From assembly GCA_016930515.1 (NCBI GenBank), contig JAFGGO010000076.1, positions 1-17,701 on the forward strand: a DNA stretch of 17,701 nucleotides. Direction: 5' to 3'. The translations under genes were made by a program, and so were the position numbers. Shown here piece by piece: positions 1 through 7,528 of the stretch; positions within the stretch are counted from its first letter, which is position 1, and every line of letters starts with the position of its first letter. This stretch comes from Promethearchaeota archaeon. GTDB lineage: Archaea; Asgardarchaeota; Lokiarchaeia; Sigyniarchaeales; SOKP01. The notes under the pieces are model-generated. The model ran no database searches, was not told the origin of the DNA, and worked only from the letters and a program-made list of their open reading frames with translations.

Positions 1-61
1 CTATCATTTAAGAAATTATAATATCGTTTTTCTTATAAAAAATAAATTTAATAGATTAGAA

Positions 62-1198
62 TCACTTATATTGAGTTATAGCATCATTATATCCTTTCCA
101 AAACTCCCATTTTCCCAGATATCTCCCTAAATAAACCAAGGCGAGCATTATTGGCACTTCCCAGAACAAGCCCATCGTGGTCCCTAAGGCGGCGATCGAT
201 CCAACGCCACGCATCGCAATGGCAACGGCAATTGCTATCTCGAAATGACTGGACGAACCGATGATTACCGTGATGATTGCTTCCCTATATTCCAGTTTTC
301 CTGCTCTCGTTATCAATATATTGTAGCCGACAACGATTGCAAATCCTATTAATAACGGGATTGAAATGAGTATCAATAAGTCGGGATTTTCAATCAGGCT
401 CTTGCCATTCAGAGCGAAAAGAATAACAAGCGTCATTAACAAAGCAATAATTGCGATTTTTGAGACGAAAGGGCGGTATTTATCTTCAAACCAGGTTTCT
501 CCTTTTGATTTGATAAGGTATTTCTTGCTTATTAATCCTAAGGCGAGTGGTAATCCAATAAAAATGACAAGGGAGACCAGAAGCGTGATAACATCGAGTG
601 GTATTTTTTGCTCTAAGGTAATGTTTGCGATTGTAATGAGTAAGTAAACCACTGGAATGTACAAGAGAATGATCGTGATCGTATTCAAGCTCGTATTAAT
701 CACATTTTGTTCTTGATTACCCTTGGCCATCCATCCCCAAACTAACACCATTGCGGTGCAAGGACTACTACTCAACAGGATAACGGCAAGCATCAATTCA
801 GGTTGATTTCTAAGAAAAATCACGCCAACGGCTAAACCTATTAATGGAGCAACAATCCAATTTGATACCATGGTTAATATTATAGGTTTAGGATTTTTCC
901 CTAATTTTTTAACTTCTGAAGCTTGAAGATTAAGCATTGCGGGGTACATCATCAAAAACAAGCAAATACCTATTGGTATGGAAATCGTTCCAATTTGAAG
1001 GGAATTAATTGTTTCGCTTAAAGTCGGAACGAATTGTGCCAACAATATTCCAATAAAGATACAAAGAGCAATCCAAATAGGGAGAAGTTTTTCAAATAAG
1101 CCAAGTTCGTGGCAATCTTCTTGATCGTATCGATTGCAGCTTTTTAATTCTTCTTTTTTAGTCATTTTTTCATTTTTTAAATGTTTTAATTTATTCAA
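62..1198 (-). CDS. acr3: Acr3-family arsenite efflux transporter
   Basis: About 10 hydrophobic segments. Acr3 motifs: IPIGICLFLMMYPAM, NWIVAP, PCTAMVLVW (conserved Cys), SSHFEIAIAVAI, GLFWEVPIM. Divergent from an ArsR gene. The real start may be the in-frame ATG at 1165. Confidence 0.93.
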   Translation of the reverse strand: MNKLKHLKNEKMTKKEELKSCNRYDQEDCHELGLFEKLLPIWIALCIFIGILLAQFVPTLSETINSLQIGTISIPIGICLFLMMYPAMLNLQASEVKKLGKNPKPIILTMVSNWIVAPLIGLAVGVIFLRNQPELMLAVILLSSSPCTAMVLVWGWMAKGNQEQNVINTSLNTITIILLYIPVVYLLITIANITLEQKIPLDVITLLVSLVIFIGLPLALGLISKKYLIKSKGETWFEDKYRPFVSKIAIIALLMTLVILFALNGKSLIENPDLLILISIPLLIGFAIVVGYNILITRAGKLEYREAIITVIIGSSSHFEIAIAVAIAMRGVGSIAALGTTMGLFWEVPIMLALVYLGRYLGKWEFWKGYNDAITQYK

Positions 1199-1314
1199 AT
1201 CCCTCTCAGATTTATACTTTTCGATTTAGATTGAAAATACTTGAAATGAATAAATATATATTAATCCAAATATTTACAATCTATATTAAGAATTATCCAA
1301 TTAAGAAATTCAAA

Positions 1315-1728
1315 ATGAAGTCAGAACGAAAGAATGAAATTATTAATAGCCTTAAAATGTGCGTTGATTTGAAAAACGATGATTTAGAAGTATATTTTAA
1401 CGATCTCCGACAAGACGGATCATATATTACTTCAAGCGAAAATATAAAGGAAATGGCTAACTTATTTTCCGTTTTAGGAAATGATTTACGCTTAAGCATC
1501 TTGAAAATTCTTAACCAAAAAGATCGTTGTGTATGTGAATTAGAAGCAATGCTCGATAAATCTCAACCATCCATCTCACACCACCTAAAACTCCTTGAAA
1601 AAGCGGGATTGATAAGGGGGGTTAAAAAGGGATATTTTACTCATTATGAACCTATTAAATCCAAATTAGAACGATTTTTTCGTTTGATTAACAAGGAATT
1701 TCCTCCAAATAATATAGATAAATTTTAG
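1315..1728 (+). CDS. arsR: ArsR/SmtB-family As(III)-responsive transcriptional repressor
   Basis: LFSVLGNDLRLSIL, RCVCEL metal-binding motif, HTH SQPSISHHLKLLEKAGLI. ATG at 1315 preferred over the ORF-track TTG at 1231. Confidence 0.9.
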   Translation: MKSERKNEIINSLKMCVDLKNDDLEVYFNDLRQDGSYITSSENIKEMANLFSVLGNDLRLSILKILNQKDRCVCELEAMLDKSQPSISHHLKLLEKAGLIRGVKKGYFTHYEPIKSKLERFFRLINKEFPPNNIDKF

Positions 1729-1824
1729 TATTATTAAATAGAATAATCTATTTGTACTTACAAGATGAGATTTGTTAAAGTGATTTGAAATACCATTTAA
1801 AGTTGCTATTTTGCTAAGTAGTTT

Positions 1825-1882
1825 CAACAACATTTATATAGAAACAACAACATATATATAAATAAACACTAACATTTATTAC
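1825..1882 (+). repeat. Three imperfect direct repeats (CAACAACATWTATATA-like) overlapping a TATA-like box upstream of the 2TM-PadR operon
   Basis: CAACAACATTTATATA at 1825, CAACAACATATATATA at 1845, CACTAACATTTATTAC at 1867 (spacing 20 and 22 bp). Confidence 0.55.
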
Positions 1883-1899
1883 CATCAAGGTGAAAAGTC

Positions 1900-2421
1900 G
1901 TGAATGAAGTGTTTTCAGAAGATAGCTTGCGAAGAATTGCCTCACAAAAAATTACTTTTAGATATAGCGTAAGAATTCACGCCTCGTGCTTTTTATTCGT
2001 AAATGCCTTATTATTCGTGATAAACATCGTAACTGTTCCCGATCATTTGTGGTTTTTATATCCAGTATTGGGATGGCAAATAGGTTTGACAATGCATATT
2101 CTCCTTTACATACTATATGCACGTGGGGTCTCCCCAATATCCTTGCGGAGCGTTTTAATTCACTTGGTAGGATATCTTTCAACGATGATCTTGCTTTTTT
2201 CAATCGACCTTGATATTATGTCAGTGGGAGCCTACTCTTCCCTTGAATGGGTACAATTTCCTGCGTTTTTTTGGGGCTTGGTATTATTGCTACACATCTT
2301 TATTTACTTGTCTTACTTTAGATCGAAACCCTCAAAAAAAGGTGAATATGGCACCAAAAGGGAAAGGCTCATCGAAAAGGAGATGGAAAAGATGAGACGA
2401 AAATATAAGCAAGTGTCGTGA
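1900..2421 (+). CDS. Membrane protein with duplicated 2TM domain
   Basis: Two copies of the H..(Y/F)...N/L..I(N/D)....W..(Y/F)P...W...L..H pattern: IHASCFLFVNALLFVIN...WFLYPVLGWQIGLTMH and IHLVGYLSTMILLFSID...WVQFPAFFWGLVLLLH. C-terminal ERLIEKEMEK tail. GGTGA RBS-like site before the GTG start. Confidence 0.75.
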   Translation: MNEVFSEDSLRRIASQKITFRYSVRIHASCFLFVNALLFVINIVTVPDHLWFLYPVLGWQIGLTMHILLYILYARGVSPISLRSVLIHLVGYLSTMILLFSIDLDIMSVGAYSSLEWVQFPAFFWGLVLLLHIFIYLSYFRSKPSKKGEYGTKRERLIEKEMEKMRRKYKQVS

Positions 2422-2433
2422 AGTGGTATGTAA

Positions 2434-3048
2434 ATGTGGTTAGGAAAATTCTTGGACCTCGAAAACGATCTCGAAGAATTCAAGCGCTCGATCGAAAAAG
2501 GTTTGTTTGAAGCCATTAAAAAAAACAAGTTAACTCCATTAGAATTTACTATCATAGAATCAATCTTCAATAATAACGAGATCTCAGGTTACGACCTAAT
2601 TAAAAGCTTGGACGACCATTTTGCGGGAACTTGGAAAGCCCATTCAGGGACTGTTTATCCCATTTTGTCGAAATTAAAAAAGAATGGTTTTTTAAAAATT
2701 AAGGATGTGAAGAGTCCTATTGGGCCTATTAAGAAAGTGTATTCTCTTACGAAAGCGGGCGAAGAATTGCTAAAGAAAAAAGTAAAAGATAATTTTTCTC
2801 AACAGTTAGAGTTCATTGAAAATTTTCTCGTAGAGCTCGCATCGATCTATATTAATAGTTTTCCCGAGGAAAAAAAACCTGAGAAGATTAACCATGTAAA
2901 GCACCTCATGGAAAACCTTTTTACTAATGTGAACGAGAAATTTCCCTTTGTTAATATAGCGATCAATGATTGTCCTAAGTGTGGAAATCCAATCGAGAGG
3001 AGAGAAGCTACATTTTGTTCCTTCTGTGGAGATAAACTGCTTAAATGA
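2434..3048 (+). CDS. PadR-family transcriptional regulator with C-terminal zinc ribbon
   Basis: SGYDLIK...SGTVYPILSKLKKNGFL...KKVYSLTKAGEELL is the PadR wHTH. CPKC-x10-CSFC at the C-terminus. Starts 12 bp after the 2TM gene. Confidence 0.88.
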   Translation: MWLGKFLDLENDLEEFKRSIEKGLFEAIKKNKLTPLEFTIIESIFNNNEISGYDLIKSLDDHFAGTWKAHSGTVYPILSKLKKNGFLKIKDVKSPIGPIKKVYSLTKAGEELLKKKVKDNFSQQLEFIENFLVELASIYINSFPEEKKPEKINHVKHLMENLFTNVNEKFPFVNIAINDCPKCGNPIERREATFCSFCGDKLLK

Positions 3049-3200
3049 AATGCATGATGATTTTGGTTAATATAAATTAAATATTAAAAAATTTTACTTA
3101 ATTTTTATCCCTTTTTCAGAAAAATTTTCCTAATTTTTAATTGAACATTCCAGTTTTATGCCAATGGTATTTAAAAATCATTCTATTTTATTGAGAAATT

Positions 3201-3398
3201 ATGTTTTCTTTCGAAACAAATAACGGATGTGTGTGGAATCTTAATATTAGCGGAACAGGATTAGGACAACTACCTGGAAACATGGCAGAATTAAAATCTT
3301 TAAAAATAATTTCCCGTGATAAAAATATAATCAATAAAATTCCCAGCATCATTATAAGATTTGAATCTTTCGAATTTATAAAATCAATTATGCTTTAA
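3201..3398 (+). pseudogene. Degenerate leucine-rich-repeat fragment (probable gene remnant)
   Basis: NGCVWNLNISGTGLGQLPGNMAELKSLKII resembles the cap and first LRR of the downstream protein (NGKIVHLAIWRYKLKHLPEDFGKLGDIVKL). The second repeat is degraded and the ORF stops at 65 aa. Confidence 0.5.
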
Positions 3399-3417
3399 AT
3401 CGAAAAACTGATGAGAT

Positions 3418-5094
3418 ATGAGTGATAATAAAGCTATAAATAAGGATGAGAGAGAAGCACTTCAAGAAATAGAAAAGATTTGTGGAGGTGCTTTCCGAAG
3501 GGTAGCAGAGACGGGATACCATAATGTTGAAAATTTATTTGATTTTAACAAAGAAGGTTCCATCATGAGACTAGGTCTTGATTTGTATAACATGGATTTG
3601 GATGACCAAAAGATAAATCTTATAGGCGCGTATGTTGCTAAATTCACGAATTTAGAAATACTTTTTATAAACAGCCCTAAAGATAAAGATATTCCTGAAT
3701 GGATTAAGAATCTAACATCTATTAAGATTTTGACCATTCCAAATACCGGTCTTAAGCAGGTTCCTGAAGGTATTAAGGAATATAGAAACTTGGAAAAATT
3801 ATATTTAAGTAGAAACAAAATATCTCAATTACCCGAATGGTTTCGTGATTTTAATAATTTAAAACAATTCAACCTGCGCGATTGGCACTCTTCTCTTGAA
3901 TTAAATCAATCTAATATTGATGTATTAAAGTATTTCCACCAAAGAAATGTGAAAGTAGATAATGATCTTTACTCGTTACATGTTAAATTAGCTGTTCCTC
4001 TGGACCAAGTGAGAGTAATTAAGGACATTTTTAACGAGGATGAAGAAAATGCGGTCGAAGTTGATGAAATAGAATCCATTGATAAACCATTAAATAATTT
4101 TTATTCCTATCGAGTAAATCCCCGGGTTTTAAATGGAAAGATCGTCCATCTAGCAATATGGAGATATAAATTAAAACATTTACCCGAAGATTTTGGAAAA
4201 TTAGGAGATATAGTTAAACTTGATCTTAGTCTTAATCAATTGGAATCAATACCAGAATCTATTGGAAATTTAACAAGGCTTAAAGAACTTAATCTATCTC
4301 AAAATCAGCTGACAAATTTACCAGACTCTTTTTTTAACTTGACCTCCATGACTAAATTAGATTTAAGTAATAATAAGTTTACAGAAATCCCTACTCAATT
4401 ATGGGCATTAAAGGATCTAACGGAATTAAATTTAAATGGTAATCCTTTAAATCCTGAAAACTTAAATTTATCTAAAAAAACTCCTGATATAATAACAGAA
4501 ACCTTAAGAAAGCAAGCCACCATCAAGATTTTCATATCGCATGCAGTCGTTGATTTTGAACCTTATCGAATTGAAGAATTGGTGAATTACCTGGAAAAAC
4601 AAAAAGAAATCTCTCAAGTTTTATTCTGCGAAGAAGATATGTCTGGAAGTATCGACCAGTGGATGCTAGACAATGTTCAAAAATGTCAACTCGTTTTATT
4701 TATCGGTACCAACAAATCTGTCTTTAATTCGGTTGATTGTGCAAATGAATTGCAACTTGCTGATAAATTTTCAATCCCCGTTGTTCCATTAAAAGGAATG
4801 GATATTGATTGGCAAGATTTAGCAGAAAAGAATTTATCCCGGCAATTAGGATTAGAATACGATCTTGATAATTTCGGGGAGTTCTGTGCCAATGTTTACA
4901 AGTACATCGAAAACCTCAAGCGAGAAATCAATTTGATGGAAAAAGAGGCGCGAGTGGCTGGAATCACTGACATCTATGAGCGTTTTAGGTTGATGTTGGA
5001 TGAAAAATTAAGTGAAGTTTTGCATAAGATGGATCAGATAGTTGTAAAAATGGACAGTTTTACAGATAGATTAGATAAATTGGAAAATAAATAG
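3418..5094 (+). CDS. LRR - TIR domain - coiled-coil protein (putative TIR NADase/receptor)
   Basis: Two LRR blocks (LxxLxLSxNxLxxLPxx(I/F)xNL). TIR box1 KIFISHA starts at about 4525. SVDCANEL matches the S.(W/D)C..EL motif (Glu444, nt 4747-4749). IPVVP strand follows. Heptad C-terminal tail. No TM helix or signal peptide evident. Confidence 0.87.
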   Translation: MSDNKAINKDEREALQEIEKICGGAFRRVAETGYHNVENLFDFNKEGSIMRLGLDLYNMDLDDQKINLIGAYVAKFTNLEILFINSPKDKDIPEWIKNLTSIKILTIPNTGLKQVPEGIKEYRNLEKLYLSRNKISQLPEWFRDFNNLKQFNLRDWHSSLELNQSNIDVLKYFHQRNVKVDNDLYSLHVKLAVPLDQVRVIKDIFNEDEENAVEVDEIESIDKPLNNFYSYRVNPRVLNGKIVHLAIWRYKLKHLPEDFGKLGDIVKLDLSLNQLESIPESIGNLTRLKELNLSQNQLTNLPDSFFNLTSMTKLDLSNNKFTEIPTQLWALKDLTELNLNGNPLNPENLNLSKKTPDIITETLRKQATIKIFISHAVVDFEPYRIEELVNYLEKQKEISQVLFCEEDMSGSIDQWMLDNVQKCQLVLFIGTNKSVFNSVDCANELQLADKFSIPVVPLKGMDIDWQDLAEKNLSRQLGLEYDLDNFGEFCANVYKYIENLKREINLMEKEARVAGITDIYERFRLMLDEKLSEVLHKMDQIVVKMDSFTDRLDKLENK

Positions 5095-5255
5095 TATAGT
5101 CTAAATTTTTTGTATCTTTTTTTTATATTCAGATTTAAATAATAGGTTTAAAATGAGTGTTTTTTCATACATAATATTTGGTTATATCATTCTAATTAGC
5201 TAAAGAGAAAATTACAATATTTTTTTATATAAAAAATATCAATAGTAAAGAAGAG

Positions 5256-5386
5256 TGGAGGGAGTGGGATTTGAACCCACGAACTCCTATGAGACGGGAT
5301 CTTAAGTCCAGCACCTTTAGTCTTGACCCAGACAAGCTAGTTAAAGGCCTCAAATGGTCAATTTGACCAAGCTCGGTAATCCCTCC
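5256..5386 (-). tRNA. trnL: tRNA-Leu (anticodon UAA) with a 46-nt intron in the D-loop (5317-5362)
   Basis: Minus strand: GGAGGGA/TCCCTCC acceptor stem, discriminator A, D-arm ACCGAGCTTGGTCAA|AGGT, anticodon loop CT-TAA-GA (anticodon 5302-5304), long variable arm CTC-ATAG-GAG, T-arm GTGGG-TTCAAAT-CCCAC. Spliced length 85 nt. CCA not encoded. Confidence 0.95.
5317..5362 (-). other. Archaeal BHB-type tRNA intron at position 21/22
   Basis: GGTC/GACT 4-bp central helix, two AAA bulges, TTGACC/GGTCAA intron helix. Cleavage after the second base of each bulge restores the typical GGTCAAAGG D-loop. Confidence 0.88.
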
Positions 5387-5763
5387 GAAAAAGCGAATGC
5401 TTGGAACGATTCTAACGCGAATATTCTTGTTTTACGCGTTAAAGTACAATATGAAAAATCAAATGTTTCATATAAATTTTTCTTTGGATTTTTCTTATTG
5501 TGTTAAGAGAATAAAGACGATAATGTATATTTTTTGCAAGTTAACCATTCCACATTCTCTCGAGCAGGATCTGTACTTGGCATGAGCCAAGAAATAGCGT
5601 CAAAAATTACCAAATTTTTTTTACTTATCAAAAGGTTAAAATAATAGAATAACTATAAACATATTAAATTTCATGGAAAAACTAAAAACTTTAACTCAAG
5701 TTCATTGATCATCATGAAAGTGCTCAAGAAGAATATAGACCTAAAGTGGCGGAGGTACATGTA

Positions 5764-6141
5764 ATGCCCGTAGGAATACTCGTCATACGATGGGATAACG
5801 AGATCGGTCCGATCAACGAGGGTTTTTATCCTGAAACGCTTAAAATCACCAACAATTTATTGACCCAAGTATACAGTTCGCACCGATATCAATCGTTGAA
5901 ACCAGGATTTGCTTCGATTTCGTTGAAAAACAATAAGATTGTATCTTTCTTTTCAGGAGTAGGCGACATGCATATTAGCGTGGAGAATTATGTCGTTGCC
6001 CTGCTGCTTCGTAGAGATGAAAAACCGCACCTTTATCGAGAAATTTTAAAAAAAATCGCTGCAGAAATATTAGATAAAATTCCCGATGGAAAGTTTCTAG
6101 CACTACTTCCAGATCTATACAAGGAGCTAGCAAAAGTATAA
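5764..6141 (+). CDS. Stand-alone longin/uDENN-like domain protein
   Basis: About 125 aa. N-terminal beta-hairpin GILVIRWDNEIGP...YP (the F/W-D-xx-x-GP signature of uDENN/NPR2-type longins), then helix, three strands and two helices. GGAGGT RBS at 5751-5756 supports the ATG at 5764. Confidence 0.65.
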   Translation: MPVGILVIRWDNEIGPINEGFYPETLKITNNLLTQVYSSHRYQSLKPGFASISLKNNKIVSFFSGVGDMHISVENYVVALLLRRDEKPHLYREILKKIAAEILDKIPDGKFLALLPDLYKELAKV

Positions 6142-6196
6142 AATTCTTTCTGTTTCCTTTTTCGTAATAATTTAAAAATTAAAAAAAGTCAAAGGT

Positions 6197-7318
6197 CTAC
6201 TTAACTACCTTTTTAATCTGGAGCTTGCCCGACTCGTTTGTTTCGACAAGCCCTACTTCTTCGAGTTGTTTCACAAACCTTTGAGTCATTACCATGGGAG
6301 AGCCTAACGCAGCTCTCAACTCGTCAATGCTCATGGAGCCAACCTTTTCAAGTATTAAAAATGCCTTGAATTGAGGTTCGTGTTCCATTAATGTATTTAA
6401 TTTTTCGTTTTGCATTACTTTTTGGGCGTTATTTTCATAAAATATCTTATAATCAGCCATTTGTTGTTTCAGTTCCTCCATTTTTACCTCATCAGCTTTT
6501 CTGGAATCTCCAAATTCGCTTATTTTTTTAATTGCTTCCTCATACTTTTCTTTAAGGTCTGAGTATTTATTAATGGCGTCCTGAGCTTCGTTTTGTTTTT
6601 CTGTAAAACCTAATTTTTGCTCAAGTATCTTTGAGTCTAAGTCGCTGATTTGACCCTTCAGTTCTTGTCTTTCCTTGGAATATGAAAGTCGCAATTCTTC
6701 GAGCTCTTTTTTATGGTCTTCTCGAATTTTTTCAAACTCTTTGGCGTATTCCTCGCGAATTTTTTCGACTTCCTTCTTACTTTCTTCCCTTATACCCTCG
6801 GCTTCTCCACCCAAGACTTGAGTTCTCTTTTCGAGTTCTTCTTTGTACTTATTCGAAGTAATCTCAAGCTGATTAATTTTATTTTCTAAAGAAAGTATTT
6901 TATCATTTTTAAAAATAATTTCAGAAGCTTTTTCGGCGTTCTCGGTTTGTAATTTTGAGATAGTTTCGTAGGATTCTTTCAATTTTTCTTGAGCAGGAAC
7001 GACCGCTTTCTTGTTGAGATCCAGCTCCGTTCGAGCTTGTACGAGATCCCCTTTAATGTGTTCGAGCTCAGTGTCCTTCTCGTTAATAATCACGCGAAGC
7101 TCTCCAATCATTGCTTTTAACTCCCTTATATCTTCGGGAACTTCTACTAAATCGGCTGATTTTGATTTTTGCTCGTCCAAGAGCGTTTCTAAATCTGAAA
7201 TGATCGTTTTTTGTTTTTCAATAACGAGCATTAATTTTTCAATCTTTTGTTGGAGCGTTGCCGACTCTTTTTCTTTTGAATCAATGCTGTCGAGCATATC
7301 TTTTAAATTATCACCCAT
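6197..7318 (-). CDS. Long coiled-coil protein with C-terminal winged helix-turn-helix
   Basis: About 310 aa of E/K/L-rich heptads. C-terminal FKAFLILEKVGSMSIDELRAALGSPMVMTQRFVKQLEEVGLVETNESGKL is wHTH-like. No Walker A motif. Confidence 0.8.
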   Translation of the reverse strand: MGDNLKDMLDSIDSKEKESATLQQKIEKLMLVIEKQKTIISDLETLLDEQKSKSADLVEVPEDIRELKAMIGELRVIINEKDTELEHIKGDLVQARTELDLNKKAVVPAQEKLKESYETISKLQTENAEKASEIIFKNDKILSLENKINQLEITSNKYKEELEKRTQVLGGEAEGIREESKKEVEKIREEYAKEFEKIREDHKKELEELRLSYSKERQELKGQISDLDSKILEQKLGFTEKQNEAQDAINKYSDLKEKYEEAIKKISEFGDSRKADEVKMEELKQQMADYKIFYENNAQKVMQNEKLNTLMEHEPQFKAFLILEKVGSMSIDELRAALGSPMVMTQRFVKQLEEVGLVETNESGKLQIKKVVK

Positions 7319-7528
7319 GTTTCACTCACTCTTTATATAATAAAATAATATGATGTTACCTTTGTATTTAAAAATAGTCCACATTTTGAACTTTTTAGAT
7401 GAATTAAAGATTAACATTATCATAATGGAATTATTTTATATATTTAACGACATGTTCAATTTTTCGTGTGTAATTATATAAAATAAAAATTTGCTGCTAA
7501 TTGCCATATGCCCATTTATTAATTCTTT

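Noticed and set aside
1251-1276. TAAATAT-N12-ATATTTA inverted repeat as ArsR operator
   Set aside because: Pure A/T 7-mer arms in very AT-rich DNA; not distinguishable from chance.
1825-1882. CRISPR mini-array
   Set aside because: Repeats are 16 bp with 4-6 bp gaps; no spacers and no cas genes.
3050-5270. LRR-TIR region as an island integrated at the tRNA-Leu 3' end
   Set aside because: No duplicated tRNA 3' fragment (att site), integrase or transposase seen in the window.
5397-5585. 62-aa ORF next to the tRNA
   Set aside because: It overlaps the likely tRNA leader and promoter (TTTATA on the minus strand near 5471-5476), has no recognisable motif and is probably spurious.
6197-7318. SMC/Rad50 or chromosome-segregation ATPase
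   Set aside because: No Walker A/B, signature motif, hinge or zinc hook.
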